The position numbers and the translations under genes are program-made. Of a stretch of 64,000 nucleotides of DNA, positions 35,102-45,394 are shown one piece after another (within the stretch, counting starts at the first letter, position 1; each line of letters opens with the position of its first letter). The DNA comes from Candidatus Phocaeicola excrementigallinarum (GTDB lineage Bacteria; Bacteroidota; Bacteroidia; Bacteroidales; Bacteroidaceae): contig DWVR01000051.1 of the NCBI GenBank assembly GCA_019120125.1, forward strand, positions 5,618 to 69,617, in the 5' to 3' direction. The notes under the pieces were generated by a model. The model was not told where the DNA came from and made no database searches. It saw only the letters and a list, made by a program, of their open reading frames with translations.

Positions 35102-35151
35102 AACCGCCGGACTACATGAAAGTGTTTTTACTTCCCTGCAGTCCGGTGGTT
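35102..35151 (-). terminator. Possible purT terminator hairpin (12-bp stem, 1 mismatch, long loop)
   Basis: AACCGCCGGACT (35102-35113) pairs with AGTCCGGTGGTT (35140-35151). The U-run on the minus strand is weak. Confidence 0.3.
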
Positions 35152-35190
35152 CCCGTATTTATATCAGACAACTGATTGTCAGTCAACCAA

Positions 35191-36360
35191 TCAATAAACC
35201 TCAATTTTTGCGGCAAGCGACTTGCATTTTTCGCGCAACGCGTTCAAATCACCTCCCACCTTATCATAACAAACCACCACACCCATACGACGGTTCAGAC
35301 GCGTGGTCGGTTTGCCGAAAATACGCAGATAAGTGTCAGGCTGCGAACATACCAGTTCTTCCCCTTTATAACGTGGGGCTTCCTTGCTGGCAATCGGCGA
35401 AAGAATCACCGCACTGGCACCGATGTGCTCCTGAGTGATACCCGGTATAGGCAATCCCAACACCGCATACAGATGAAGCTCGAACTCATTGAGATTCTGT
35501 GTGTTTGCCAGTGTAACCATGCCCGTATCATGCGGACGAGGAGAAAGTTCGGAGAAATAGACACCGTTGTCATGGCTCAGGAAGAACTCTACCCCCCAGA
35601 TTCCATACCCGGTCAACGCTTCGGTCACCTTGGCGGCCATACGTTGCGCCTCGGCCAAATGTTCGGGAGCGATGCGTGCCGGCTGGAAACTTTCACGATA
35701 GTCGCCACCCTTCTGCACATGTCCGATAGGCGGACAGAACAGCGTGGGACCATTCTTCTGGGTAACTGTCAGCAACGTTATCTCACTGTCAAAATGAATG
35801 AATTCCTCCACAATCAGTTCCTTGATGTCACCACGGCTGCCGTTGCATCCGTAATCCCAGGAATATTGCAGGTCTTCCGGTCCCTTCGCCACCGACTGTC
35901 CCTTGCCCGATGAAGACATCAACGGCTTGATGACACACGGATAGCCGATTTTTTCGGCGGCCTCCTTCAGTTCTTCAAATGAGGTGGCATAGAAATATTT
36001 CGCGGTTTTCAGTCCCAGTTCCTTGGCTGCCAGGTCGCGTATCGCCTTGCGGTTCATCGTATAGTTCACCGCACGCGCGCTCGGGACCACCTGAATACCT
36101 TCTTTCTCAAGATGATAGAGGCGTTCAGTACGGATAGCCTCTATTTCCGGAACAATGATGTCAGGATGGTATTTTGCCACCACTCTGTCCAATGCTTCTC
36201 CGTCAAGCATACTGAATACCTCGCAGGCATCCGCCACCTGCATGGCCGGTGCGCCTTCATACGAATCACATGCAATCACGTATTGTCCCAGACGTTTGGC
36301 GGCAATAACGAACTCTTTGCCCAACTCGCCGGAACCCAGCAAAAGTATCTTCTTAGTCAT
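35191..36360 (-). CDS. purT: Formate-dependent phosphoribosylglycinamide formyltransferase (GAR transformylase 2)
   Basis: 389 aa from [20 protein letters not shown]-grasp motifs, PurT-like C-terminus RRMGVVV. Confidence 0.9.
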   Translation of the reverse strand: MTKKILLLGSGELGKEFVIAAKRLGQYVIACDSYEGAPAMQVADACEVFSMLDGEALDRVVAKYHPDIIVPEIEAIRTERLYHLEKEGIQVVPSARAVNYTMNRKAIRDLAAKELGLKTAKYFYATSFEELKEAAEKIGYPCVIKPLMSSSGKGQSVAKGPEDLQYSWDYGCNGSRGDIKELIVEEFIHFDSEITLLTVTQKNGPTLFCPPIGHVQKGGDYRESFQPARIAPEHLAEAQRMAAKVTEALTGYGIWGVEFFLSHDNGVYFSELSPRPHDTGMVTLANTQNLNEFELHLYAVLGLPIPGITQEHIGASAVILSPIASKEAPRYKGEELVCSQPDTYLRIFGKPTTRLNRRMGVVVCYDKVGGDLNALREKCKSLAAKIEVY

Positions 36361-36387
36361 AATGGTTTGATTTAATAGGTATATCCG

Positions 36388-36395
36388 CAAAGATA
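36388..36395 (-). promoter_or_regulatory. Candidate purT -7 box (minus strand TATCTTTG)
   Basis: TAnnTTTG match 28 nt upstream of the ATG at 36360. Confidence 0.35.
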
Positions 36396-36445
36396 ACGCT
36401 TTTTATTTGATTTATCAGAATCTTTGCCGAGAAAGCGGAGAAGTT

Positions 36446-37243
36446 TTATTCGACCTCCTCCTGGGCACGCGCCAGTGTCATCAAAGGCGAGCCGTTTTCA
36501 TCGAGCAAGACAATGGTATCTTCCTCATCACCGCTATCGAAACCACGCACTTTCTCGATGGCCTGCAGAATGTCGCGCTCCACCTGCATGTCGGGACAAG
36601 CCATCATGGTCGAGATCATCTGAGAAAACCGCAGTGAGGCAGGCTTCCCTTCCTCCTGTGAGAAACTGCCGTTGATGGTATTGCAGCCCGCGTTTCCATG
36701 CACCCGCTTTTCTTCCAGATTGAAGGTCAGTTCCGGCTCGCGGTCCATCTTTCCGATAACCACGACTCCCACACTGGCAATCCTCCATCTTCCGGCCAGG
36801 TCATCTATCGTAACGGCAGGCTTCACACGCTTCTGCAAAGTCATCACCTGCCTGCCTTCCGCGTCTTGCAGTTCCACCGTATCTCCCGTCTGCGCAAAGC
36901 CCGCCACTTTGTCCAATGCGTCAAGCACACTCTGCTCCAGACTCATGTCAGGACACATCATCCGTGTTGTAGCCACCTGCGCAAAACTGATTTTCCCGGC
37001 TTCCAGCGAATCCACATGGTAAGCTCCCATCAGGCGGTTGCATCCGGCATGACCGTACACACGGTTCGTCGTCTGGTCAAAACCGATATAAGGAGCGTCC
37101 TCACCAGAGACCGCCTGGCCCTTCACGTTCACAATATTCCATTCACCGGAAAAATCAGTTACCGCAACGGCTTTCTTATTTGTCCCACAACTTACCGTAA
37201 CCAATGCTATAAACACACTTGCCAAAATTGTCATTCCTTTCAT
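36446..37243 (-). CDS. META-domain (HslJ-like) lipoprotein, two tandem META domains
   Basis: 265 aa, lipobox VTVSCG. Two copies of the GCNxxxGxY/F...MMCPDM pattern. Confidence 0.8.
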   Translation of the reverse strand: MKGMTILASVFIALVTVSCGTNKKAVAVTDFSGEWNIVNVKGQAVSGEDAPYIGFDQTTNRVYGHAGCNRLMGAYHVDSLEAGKISFAQVATTRMMCPDMSLEQSVLDALDKVAGFAQTGDTVELQDAEGRQVMTLQKRVKPAVTIDDLAGRWRIASVGVVVIGKMDREPELTFNLEEKRVHGNAGCNTINGSFSQEEGKPASLRFSQMISTMMACPDMQVERDILQAIEKVRGFDSGDEEDTIVLLDENGSPLMTLARAQEEVE

Positions 37244-37354
37244 TTTCCTTTATTTTTTAAGACCTTTGATTAAAGAACATTTTTCAAAAAGATTTGTTCA
37301 CCTACAAAAATACGGATATATTCCCAATACTGCATGAGGTTTGGAATTATTTCT

Positions 37355-37362
37355 TATCTTTG
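37355..37362 (+). promoter_or_regulatory. Candidate -7 box TATCTTTG upstream of the dehydrogenase-bcp-recA cluster
   Basis: TAnnTTTG match 48 nt before the ATG at 37410. Confidence 0.35.
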
Positions 37363-37409
37363 CATATTGAACGGTAATGTTTACCGGGCATAAAACATGA
37401 ATTATCAGA

Positions 37410-38603
37410 ATGAGTAAAGTATTGATCATCGGTGCAGGCGGTGTAGGTACCGTTGTTGCACACAAAGTGGCTCAGCATCCCGAAGTTTTCACCGAAATTA
37501 TGATTGCCAGCCGCACCCAGTCAAAATGTGACGCGATTGTGAAGGCAATCGGTAACCCTGCCATCAAGACCGCCAAAGTGGACGCGGACAATGTAGACGA
37601 GCTGGTGGCTTTATTCAACAGCTTCAAGCCCGAGATTGTCATCAACGTGGCTCTTCCCTATCAGGACCTGACCATCATGGAAGCCTGCCTCAAGAGCGGA
37701 GTGAACTATCTGGACACGGCCAACTATGAGCCGAAGGATGTAGCCCACTTCGAATACAGCTGGCAATGGGCCTACAAGAAACGCTTCGAAGAAGCTGGAC
37801 TGACCGCCATCCTCGGATGCGGATTCGACCCGGGAGTAAGTGGTGTCTACACTGCATATGCGGCCAAGCATCATTTTGACGAAATACAGTATCTTGACAT
37901 TGTGGACTGCAATGCCGGAAACCATCATAAAGCATTCGCCACCAACTTCAACCCGGAAATCAACATCCGCGAGATCACTCAGAACGGACGCTATTACGAA
38001 GACGGGAAATGGGTGACCACCCAACCGCTGGAAATCCATAAGGCACTGACCTATCCGAACATCGGTCCGCGCGACTCCTACCTGCTCTATCATGAAGAGC
38101 TGGAATCACTGGTAAAGAATTTCCCGAGCATCAAGCGCGCACGGTTCTGGATGACTTTCGGACAGGAATATCTGACCCACCTGCGTGTGATTCAGGACAT
38201 CGGCATGGCCAGCATCGAACCGATCAATTACAACGGCATGGAAATCGTTCCATTGCAGTTCCTGAAAGCGGTGCTGCCGAATCCGCAGGACTTAGGAGAG
38301 AATTACGAAGGCGAGACTTCCATCGGATGCCGTATCCGCGGTGTCAAGGACGGTAAGGAACGCACCTACTACGTTTACAACAACTGTTCCCACCAGGCCG
38401 CCTACAAGGAAACCGGTATGCAGGGCGTAAGCTACACCACCGGAGTGCCGGCCATGATCGGTGCGATGATGTTCCTGAAAGGCTTGTGGAAACGTCCGGG
38501 TGTATGGAACGTGGAAGAGTTCGATCCGGATCCGTTCATGGATGAGCTGAACAAGAACGGTCTGCCCTGGCACGAAGTGTTCGACGGAGATCTGGAACTG
38601 TAA
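37410..38603 (+). CDS. Saccharopine dehydrogenase-family protein (carboxynorspermidine/carboxyspermidine dehydrogenase-like)
   Basis: 397 aa. VLIIGAGGVGTVVAHK Rossmann motif. Length and C-terminus are typical of CANSDH/CASDH polyamine enzymes. Confidence 0.8.
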   Translation: MSKVLIIGAGGVGTVVAHKVAQHPEVFTEIMIASRTQSKCDAIVKAIGNPAIKTAKVDADNVDELVALFNSFKPEIVINVALPYQDLTIMEACLKSGVNYLDTANYEPKDVAHFEYSWQWAYKKRFEEAGLTAILGCGFDPGVSGVYTAYAAKHHFDEIQYLDIVDCNAGNHHKAFATNFNPEINIREITQNGRYYEDGKWVTTQPLEIHKALTYPNIGPRDSYLLYHEELESLVKNFPSIKRARFWMTFGQEYLTHLRVIQDIGMASIEPINYNGMEIVPLQFLKAVLPNPQDLGENYEGETSIGCRIRGVKDGKERTYYVYNNCSHQAAYKETGMQGVSYTTGVPAMIGAMMFLKGLWKRPGVWNVEEFDPDPFMDELNKNGLPWHEVFDGDLEL

Positions 38604-38680
38604 TCCAGCGGGCAACGGACAATTAATAATGAACGACACGCCAACCATTAATTTTTAACTGTAAATTATCAACTGACAAC

Positions 38681-39130
38681 ATGAATGTAGGAGACAAAGC
38701 CCCCGAATTTCTCGGACTGAACGAGAAAGGGGAAGAAATACGTCTGAGCGACTACAAAGGCAAAAAAGTAGTGCTCTACTTTTATCCGAAGGACATGACA
38801 TCGGGCTGTACCGCCCAGGCATGCAACCTGCGTGACAACTATAGTGAACTGCGCAGTGCGGGCTATGAGGTTATCGGAGTGAGCATCAACGATGCCAAGT
38901 CGCACCAGAAATTCATCGAGAAAAACCAGCTCCCTTTCACGCTGATTGCCGACACCGACCATAAATTGACCGAAGAGTTCGGCGCATGGGGAGAAAAAAG
39001 TATGTGCGGACGCAAATACATGGGAACTTTCCGCACCACTTTCATCATTAACGAAGAAGGTATCATCGAACGCGTCATCACCCCGAAAGAAGTGAAGACA
39101 AAAGATCATGCCGCACAAATCCTGAAATAA
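38681..39130 (+). CDS. bcp: Thioredoxin-dependent thiol peroxidase (bacterioferritin comigratory protein)
   Basis: 149 aa. [16 protein letters not shown] peroxiredoxin active site. Confidence 0.9.
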   Translation: MNVGDKAPEFLGLNEKGEEIRLSDYKGKKVVLYFYPKDMTSGCTAQACNLRDNYSELRSAGYEVIGVSINDAKSHQKFIEKNQLPFTLIADTDHKLTEEFGAWGEKSMCGRKYMGTFRTTFIINEEGIIERVITPKEVKTKDHAAQILK

Positions 39131-39140
39131 TAAGACAACA

Positions 39141-40190
39141 ATGGCAAAAAAAGACGAACTGGAATTTGAGGGGGGAGTGGAAAACACTCCGAAACCCAAT
39201 AACAGCGAAAAGCTGAAGGCCCTGCAGGCCGCCATGGATAAAATCGAGAAAAGTTTCGGGAAAGGCTCGATCATGAAAATGGGTGATGATCATGTGCAGG
39301 AAGTGGAAGTAATCCCTACAGGCTCCATCGCACTGAACGCGGCACTGGGAGTGGGCGGCTACCCACGTGGACGTATCATCGAAATCTACGGACCGGAATC
39401 TTCCGGTAAGACCACACTGGCCATCCATGCCATCGCCGAGGCACAGAAAACGGGAGGTATCGCGGCTTTCATCGATGCGGAACATGCATTCGACCGTTTC
39501 TATGCGGCAAAACTGGGTGTGGATATAGACAACCTGTGGATCTCACAGCCGGACAACGGTGAGCAGGCACTCGAAATCGCGGAACAACTGATCCGCTCTT
39601 CGGCCATTGACATCATTGTCATCGACTCAGTAGCCGCACTGACCCCGAAAGCGGAAATCGAAGGAGACATGGGTGACAACAAGGTAGGTCTGCAGGCACG
39701 TCTGATGTCACAGGCACTGCGCAAGCTGACTTCCGCCATCAGCAAGACCAACACCACCTGCATCTTCATCAACCAGCTGCGTGAGAAAATCGGTGTGATG
39801 TTCGGCAACCCCGAGACCACGACAGGCGGTAATGCGCTGAAATTCTATGCATCCGTACGACTGGATATCCGCCGTACCTCACAACTGAAAGACGGCGATG
39901 AGGTCATCGGCAATCAGGTACGCGTGAAAGTGGTGAAAAACAAGGTGGCTCCCCCATTCCGTAAGGCTGAATTCGACATCATGTTCGGTGAAGGAATCTC
40001 ACATAGCGGAGAGATCATCGACCTAGGTTCCGAACTGGGCATCATCAAGAAAAGCGGCTCATGGTACAGCTACAACGACACCAAGCTGGGTCAAGGACGC
40101 GATGCCGCCAAACAGTGTATCCAGGATAACCCGGAACTGGCCGACGAGCTGGAGTCTCTTATCTTCAATGCACTGAAAGACAAAGAATAA
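39141..40190 (+). CDS. recA: Recombinase A
   Basis: 349 aa. GPESSGKTT Walker [38 protein letters not shown]. Confidence 0.97.
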   Translation: MAKKDELEFEGGVENTPKPNNSEKLKALQAAMDKIEKSFGKGSIMKMGDDHVQEVEVIPTGSIALNAALGVGGYPRGRIIEIYGPESSGKTTLAIHAIAEAQKTGGIAAFIDAEHAFDRFYAAKLGVDIDNLWISQPDNGEQALEIAEQLIRSSAIDIIVIDSVAALTPKAEIEGDMGDNKVGLQARLMSQALRKLTSAISKTNTTCIFINQLREKIGVMFGNPETTTGGNALKFYASVRLDIRRTSQLKDGDEVIGNQVRVKVVKNKVAPPFRKAEFDIMFGEGISHSGEIIDLGSELGIIKKSGSWYSYNDTKLGQGRDAAKQCIQDNPELADELESLIFNALKDKE

Positions 40191-40222
40191 CCCATTCACT
40201 CCCAACAGACTGAAAAAATCGT

Positions 40223-40261
40223 AAAAGCCATGTCAGAGATTTTGTCTGACATGGCTTTTTT
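40223..40261 (+). terminator. Intrinsic terminator after recA
   Basis: AAAAGCCATGTCAGA (40223-40237) pairs with TCTGACATGGCTTTT (40245-40259) plus further T residues. Confidence 0.75.
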
Positions 40262-40405
40262 ACTTTCCGATAAAGACCTTCCAATAATTTCCACGCCATT
40301 TTCACGACACATCGGAAGCATTTTCTTTTAAAGAAATTAGAATAAGAGAAAATAATATCCTATATTTACAAACCAAAATAGAAACCTTTATAAAACGAAT
40401 GTATT

Positions 40406-41380
40406 ATGAGACTGAAACCATTGTTCACCATAGCCCTCTGTTTTTCCGCCATCACCGCATTTGCCCAAAACGCCACCAGAATCCCTTTCCGGTTTGCGAC
40501 AAGGGCAGAGGCGCAAATGCTGATTACGGATATTGACGACTACACAAAAGGCTGGAACCAGTTCGACATAAACGTACGACTTCAAAGCGACCAAGGCCGG
40601 AAATCCAAGCTGCTGGCCTATGCCATGAACCAGACATTGAACTGGAGCGACAAAGACAAAGAACGCATCTCAAAAAGTATAAAGACACTCGACAATGAAA
40701 TCAGGAAACAAAAGTTAGATATCGACTTTCCAAAAGAACTGATATTCGTGAAAACAACCATGAAGGAAGAAGGAAATGTCGATGCATACACACGGAAAAA
40801 CTGGATCGCGATGGGAGAAAGCGCGCTTGGCACCATGAGCGATGCGGACCTCACATCTTTAATCGCACATGAGATTTTCCATATTCTCAGCCGAAGCGAC
40901 AAGGACTTCAAGAAAAGCGCCTACAGCACCATTGGGTTTACCGTGCTGGACAGAGACATCCTGTTTCCTGCCGACATCATCGAAAAAAGGATCTCAAATC
41001 CTGACATAGACAGGTATGACAGCTACATCAACCTGACAGTCAACGGACAGAAACAGAACTGCACCATGATGACATACACCGATTCCCCTTTTGACCCACA
41101 GGCTGGAAAAACCCTGTCCGATTATCTCCAGACAGGTCTGGTGCCATTGAATGAGAACTTCATCCCTGTACAACAGAATGGGGAAACCGTCATATACAGT
41201 ATCGGCCAGACAACTGACTTTTATGAACAAGTAGGAAAGAACACAAACCATACCATCAATCCTGAAGAGATTTTGGCTGAGAATTTCTCTTTCCTGCTGA
41301 CAGGGAAAAAAGATCTTCAGTCACCCGGAATCATAAACAAACTGAGGGAAGCACTGAAACAAAACGACAAGAAAAAATAA
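40406..41380 (+). CDS. Secreted hypothetical protein with HExxH zinc-metallopeptidase-like motif
   Basis: 324 aa, signal peptide (ITAFAQ), single HEIFH motif (LIAHEIFHILS). Family not recognised. Confidence 0.6.
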   Translation: MRLKPLFTIALCFSAITAFAQNATRIPFRFATRAEAQMLITDIDDYTKGWNQFDINVRLQSDQGRKSKLLAYAMNQTLNWSDKDKERISKSIKTLDNEIRKQKLDIDFPKELIFVKTTMKEEGNVDAYTRKNWIAMGESALGTMSDADLTSLIAHEIFHILSRSDKDFKKSAYSTIGFTVLDRDILFPADIIEKRISNPDIDRYDSYINLTVNGQKQNCTMMTYTDSPFDPQAGKTLSDYLQTGLVPLNENFIPVQQNGETVIYSIGQTTDFYEQVGKNTNHTINPEEILAENFSFLLTGKKDLQSPGIINKLREALKQNDKKK

Positions 41381-41406
41381 GAACATCCGGCACAGACAGA
41401 AGAATA

Positions 41407-41479
41407 AAAAAACGGATGCAGACTCTAAGGAACCGGTAAAAACACCTGAAGGATCCTTTTAAGTCTGCATCCGTTTTTT
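41407..41479. terminator. Bidirectional hairpin (perfect 18-bp stem, 37-nt loop) between convergent genes
   Basis: AAAAAACGGATGCAGACT (41407-41424) pairs with AGTCTGCATCCGTTTTTT (41462-41479). Confidence 0.6.
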
Positions 41480-41485
41480 CAAGCC

Positions 41486-42298
41486 TTATCTTTTTGACTG
41501 CCTGTAATCTTTCTCGATGGCAAGCGTAATCCAGTTGGCCAAGGCCTGACGATTGTCGGCTATCACCAGACGTTTCTGGTCGCGTGCATTCTGGATATTG
41601 CCCACTTCCAGAAAGACAGCCACAGGAGTTGTCTTACGAAGCACGAACAGATTGCGCCCGCTCACCGTGCCGTCAAACCCCCGGTTAGGCTGGTGACGGT
41701 TATATTTCGCACGAAACGTACGCTGTATTTCCCTGGCCAGCCGCTTTCCCTTGGAACTTCCCGGCGCATGATAGAAGAACACATCGGTCTGGTCTCCCCT
41801 CGCACGACTGTCCACATGGATAAAGACAGCCCGCTTATAATTGCTCTTATCTTTTCCGTACAACCGGTTGATTGCGTCACACCGTTGCTGAAGCCGTGCC
41901 ACCTGATTCAGCGGAATCGCCTTTCCCATACATGTCTCCCGCTTGCTGTTGTTCAGAATCGCCTGATTGCGGATTCCGTCTTTCGCATCCTGTATGATGA
42001 AATGCACTTTCGCACCACGTCGGAGCAACTCACGCCCCAGCCTGAGAATAATGTCGTAGGCATATTCATCTTCATGAAGCTCTTTTCCGCGATACTTCCC
42101 GATACAACCCGGATCAGGGCCTCCATGACCGCTTACCAGATAGAACACCGCACCTTTCAGTGAGTTGGAAGTCTTTCCGTAAGCCGCGTAACGCTTTCCG
42201 AACAGAGGCTCATAGTTGCTTTTTTTCTTCTGCGCGGAAAGCGGAAACGCTATCAGGAAGCACAGCATGAATGCCAGTCCACATTTCAATCCTTTCAT
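41486..42298 (-). CDS. N-acetylmuramoyl-L-alanine amidase (Amidase_3 family)
   Basis: 270 aa, signal peptide. SGHGGPDPG...EDEYAYDI...HVDS pattern of zinc amidases. Confidence 0.8.
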   Translation of the reverse strand: MKGLKCGLAFMLCFLIAFPLSAQKKKSNYEPLFGKRYAAYGKTSNSLKGAVFYLVSGHGGPDPGCIGKYRGKELHEDEYAYDIILRLGRELLRRGAKVHFIIQDAKDGIRNQAILNNSKRETCMGKAIPLNQVARLQQRCDAINRLYGKDKSNYKRAVFIHVDSRARGDQTDVFFYHAPGSSKGKRLAREIQRTFRAKYNRHQPNRGFDGTVSGRNLFVLRKTTPVAVFLEVGNIQNARDQKRLVIADNRQALANWITLAIEKDYRQSKR

Positions 42299-42828
42299 TT
42301 CAGAAGCTCGTCAATTTTCTTACACAAGGATGCGAATTCCTCTTCATTGTACAAACGAGTCATCAACACAATCTTCCCATCTTTGTCCACCAATACATTG
42401 CGGGTGATTCCGGCATTACGTTCAGCATATTTGGCAAAGATGTCCGCTCCCGGGTCCAATCCCAAAGGATAAGTCACCCCCGTCTGCTTGGCGAAAGCTT
42501 TCACACGCTCCAAAGGCTCGTCGCGGTCAATCCCGTATAAGGCAAACGACGCGTTGTCCTTATGCTTCTGCCAGATATCCTTCTCGATAAAAGGCATCTC
42601 CTTCCGGCATACGCCACACCAGCTGGCCGTGAACTGAAGCATCACCACCTTTCCGCGCAGGTCGGACAATTTCACGGTCTGTCCGTCAGTCAATGTCATC
42701 TCAAAATCAGGAGCCATATCCCCTACTTTCACGATATATCCAGCCGCATCGGGAGTCGGAACGTTCTGTGCGGACAATCCGATACAGAAACAGGCCATCA
42801 AGGCCGCAATAAACATACATTTTTTCAT
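42295..42828 (-). CDS. TlpA-family thiol:disulfide oxidoreductase (thioredoxin-like, secreted)
   Basis: 177 aa from MKKCMFIAALMA. WCGVC active site. The stop overlaps the amidase start (ATGA). Confidence 0.85.
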   Translation of the reverse strand: MKKCMFIAALMACFCIGLSAQNVPTPDAAGYIVKVGDMAPDFEMTLTDGQTVKLSDLRGKVVMLQFTASWCGVCRKEMPFIEKDIWQKHKDNASFALYGIDRDEPLERVKAFAKQTGVTYPLGLDPGADIFAKYAERNAGITRNVLVDKDGKIVLMTRLYNEEEFASLCKKIDELLK

Positions 42829-43000
42829 AACGCAAACTATTTGATTTTCCTGCCAAAGATACAAAAAACTTTCGCAACTCATTGATAAACGAACGGCATA
42901 CAAAAGAAAAAACACCCCGGAAAATCCATGTATGCACTTCATGTTTGTTTATATTTGCAGCTTATCCGTAATATTTTGTTCATTTTTTCAACAAATTGCA

Positions 43001-43008
43001 TTATATTT
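43001..43008 (+). promoter_or_regulatory. Candidate -7 box TATATTTG upstream of the XRE/cupin regulator
   Basis: TAnnTTTG match. It favours the ATG at 43067 over upstream starts. Confidence 0.3.
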
Positions 43009-43066
43009 GCAAACAATGGAAAGTGACACTTTCCGTTTACAATTAACAGACCAAAAACACACCATT

Positions 43067-43651
43067 ATGGATTACACAAACATTATCGGCGAAAAAATCA
43101 AATCGCTGCGGACAACAAAAGAAATAACTATAGACGAATTGGCGGAAAGTACCGGACTGACCTCCGAACAGATCAACCGCATTGAAGACAATGTGGACAT
43201 CCCTTCTCTGGCACCACTCATCAAAATAGCAAGGGCGCTGGGTGTACGGCTGGGAACTTTCCTTGATGACCAGGCCAACGAAGACGGACCGGTGGTATGC
43301 AGGAAAGGTGATGCGGACGACACCATCAGTTTCTCGAACAACGCGTCCGACGCACGCCAGCACATGCACTACCATTCCTTGTCAAAGGCCAAAAGCGACC
43401 GACACATGGACCCGTTCATCATCGACATAGATGAAAACGGAGAGACACAGTTCAGCCTCTCTGCCCACGAAGGGGAAGAGTTCATCATGGTACTTCAGGG
43501 AAAACTCGAAGTGGAATACGGGAAAAACAAATATGTGCTCAGCGAAGGCGACACCATCTACTACGACTCAATCATTCCCCACCATGTCCACGCCTACGAA
43601 GGCAAGGCCGCACGCATTCTGGCCGTAGTCTATACTCCCATCGAACTCTAA
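43067..43651 (+). CDS. XRE-family HTH regulator with C-terminal cupin domain
   Basis: 194 aa from MDYTNIIGEKIKSLR. HTH_3 N-terminus and a cupin_2-like C-terminus (GEEFIMVLQG...GDTIYYDS..PHHV). An alternative start is at 43016. Confidence 0.8.
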   Translation: MDYTNIIGEKIKSLRTTKEITIDELAESTGLTSEQINRIEDNVDIPSLAPLIKIARALGVRLGTFLDDQANEDGPVVCRKGDADDTISFSNNASDARQHMHYHSLSKAKSDRHMDPFIIDIDENGETQFSLSAHEGEEFIMVLQGKLEVEYGKNKYVLSEGDTIYYDSIIPHHVHAYEGKAARILAVVYTPIEL

Positions 43652-43663
43652 AACCGAAAGATC

Positions 43664-45316
43664 ATGCCGCAACTATACGAAAGGACATTGGGAGACTGGC
43701 TGGAGCATTGGGCCGAGACCACTCCCGACAAAGAATATCTGGTGTACTCCGACCGCAACCTGAGGTTCACCTGGAAACAGTTCAACCAACGTGTGGACAA
43801 CATGGCGAAAGGTCTGCTGGCCATCGGGGTAAAAAAAGGAACACATGTAGGTATCTGGGCAGGCAATGTGCCCGACTGGCTGACCTTCCTCTACGCCTGT
43901 GCCAAAATCGGTGCGGTGGCCGTAACGGTCAACACCAACTACAAACAGGCGGAACTGGAATACCTGTGTGAGAACTCCGACATGCACACACTCTGCATAG
44001 TCAACGGTGAGAAGGACAGCAACTATGTGGAAATGACCTACACGATGCTTCCCGAACTGAAGAAGTTTGAACGCGGACGGATGAAAAGCAAACGTTTCCC
44101 TCACATGCGGAACGTCATTTATATCGGCCAGGAGAAATACCGCGGAATGTACAACACAGCCGAAATCCTTCTCCTCGGAAACAACATCGACGATGAGGAG
44201 CTGACCAAGGCCAAGAAGGAAGTAAGCTGTCATGACACGGTCAACATGCAGTACACCTCCGGAACCACCGGATTCCCGAAAGGAGTGATGCTCACCCACT
44301 ACAACATTGCGAACAACGGTTTCCTGACGGGCGAGCACATGAAGTTCACGTCCGATGACAAGCTCTGCGTGTGTGTGCCGCTCTTCCATTGCTTCGGCGT
44401 AGTGCTGGCCACAATGAACTGTCTCACCCACGGATGTACGGAGGTGATGGTGGAACGTTTCGACCCGCTGCTGGTGCTGGCCTCCGTCCATAAGGAACGC
44501 TGCACGGCTCTCTACGGTGTGCCCACCATGTTCATCGCCGAACTGAACCATCCCATGTTCTCCATGTTCGACCTGAGCTGTCTGCGCACAGGCATCATGG
44601 CTGGATCGCTTTGCCCCGTGGAACTGATGAAGCAGGTGGAAGAAAAGATGTTCATGAAGGTGACCAGCGTATACGGACTGACGGAAGCCTCTCCGGGAAT
44701 GACCCACAGCCGCATTGATGATGATCCTGAAGTGCGCTACAACACCGTAGGCCACGAATTCGAGTTTACGGAAGTGAAGGTGATTGATCCGGAAACCGGT
44801 GAGGAATGCCCGGTAGGCGTGCAAGGCGAGATGTGCAACCGTGGCTACAACACCATGAAGGGCTACTATAAGAATCCGGAAGCTACGGCCGAGGTCATCG
44901 ATGAGAACGGATTCCTGCATTCAGGTGACTTGGGCGTGAAGGACGAGAACGGCAACTTCCGCATCACGGGCCGCATCAAGGACATGATTATCCGCGGAGG
45001 AGAGAACATCTATCCGCGTGAGATCGAGGAATTCCTCTACCAGATGCCGGGCATCAAGGATGTACAGGTGGCCGGTGTTCCTTCAAAGAAATACGGCGAG
45101 GCCGTAGGAGCGTTCATCATCCTCCATGAGGGCTATACGATGAACGAGTTCGACGTGCGCGAGTTCTGCCAGGGCAAGATTGCGCGATACAAGATTCCGA
45201 AATACATCTTCTTTGTCAAGGAATTCCCCATGACGGGAAGCGGAAAGATTCAGAAGTTCAAGCTGAAGGACCTGAGCCTGCAACTCTGCAAGGAACAAGG
45301 AATCGAAATCATCTGA
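43664..45316 (+). CDS. AMP-binding acyl-CoA ligase (fatty-acid/aryl-acid CoA ligase family)
   Basis: 550 aa. [19 protein letters not shown]-binding signature, [28 protein letters not shown]. Confidence 0.9.
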   Translation: MPQLYERTLGDWLEHWAETTPDKEYLVYSDRNLRFTWKQFNQRVDNMAKGLLAIGVKKGTHVGIWAGNVPDWLTFLYACAKIGAVAVTVNTNYKQAELEYLCENSDMHTLCIVNGEKDSNYVEMTYTMLPELKKFERGRMKSKRFPHMRNVIYIGQEKYRGMYNTAEILLLGNNIDDEELTKAKKEVSCHDTVNMQYTSGTTGFPKGVMLTHYNIANNGFLTGEHMKFTSDDKLCVCVPLFHCFGVVLATMNCLTHGCTEVMVERFDPLLVLASVHKERCTALYGVPTMFIAELNHPMFSMFDLSCLRTGIMAGSLCPVELMKQVEEKMFMKVTSVYGLTEASPGMTHSRIDDDPEVRYNTVGHEFEFTEVKVIDPETGEECPVGVQGEMCNRGYNTMKGYYKNPEATAEVIDENGFLHSGDLGVKDENGNFRITGRIKDMIIRGGENIYPREIEEFLYQMPGIKDVQVAGVPSKKYGEAVGAFIILHEGYTMNEFDVREFCQGKIARYKIPKYIFFVKEFPMTGSGKIQKFKLKDLSLQLCKEQGIEII

Positions 45317-45336
45317 TCCACACAGTCCCGGAGACA

Positions 45337-45386
45337 GAGGCACGGAGACACGGAGAGGCAACGACCACTCCGTGTCTCCGTGCCTC
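45337..45386. terminator. Perfect 19-bp hairpin (12-nt loop) between convergent genes; member of a repeated hairpin family
   Basis: GAGGCACGGAGACACGGAG (45337-45355) pairs with CTCCGTGTCTCCGTGCCTC (45368-45386). Confidence 0.7.
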
Positions 45387-45394
45387 TTGTGTTT

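Noticed and set aside
35102-35151. Hairpin as a plus-strand regulatory element
   Set aside because: It pairs slightly better on the plus strand (G-T rather than A-C), but no plus-strand transcript source is evident. It is kept only as a low-confidence purT terminator.
43673-44920. 415-aa minus-strand ORF
   Set aside because: It is antisense to the AMP-binding ligase, whose signature motifs are clear, and has shadow-ORF composition.
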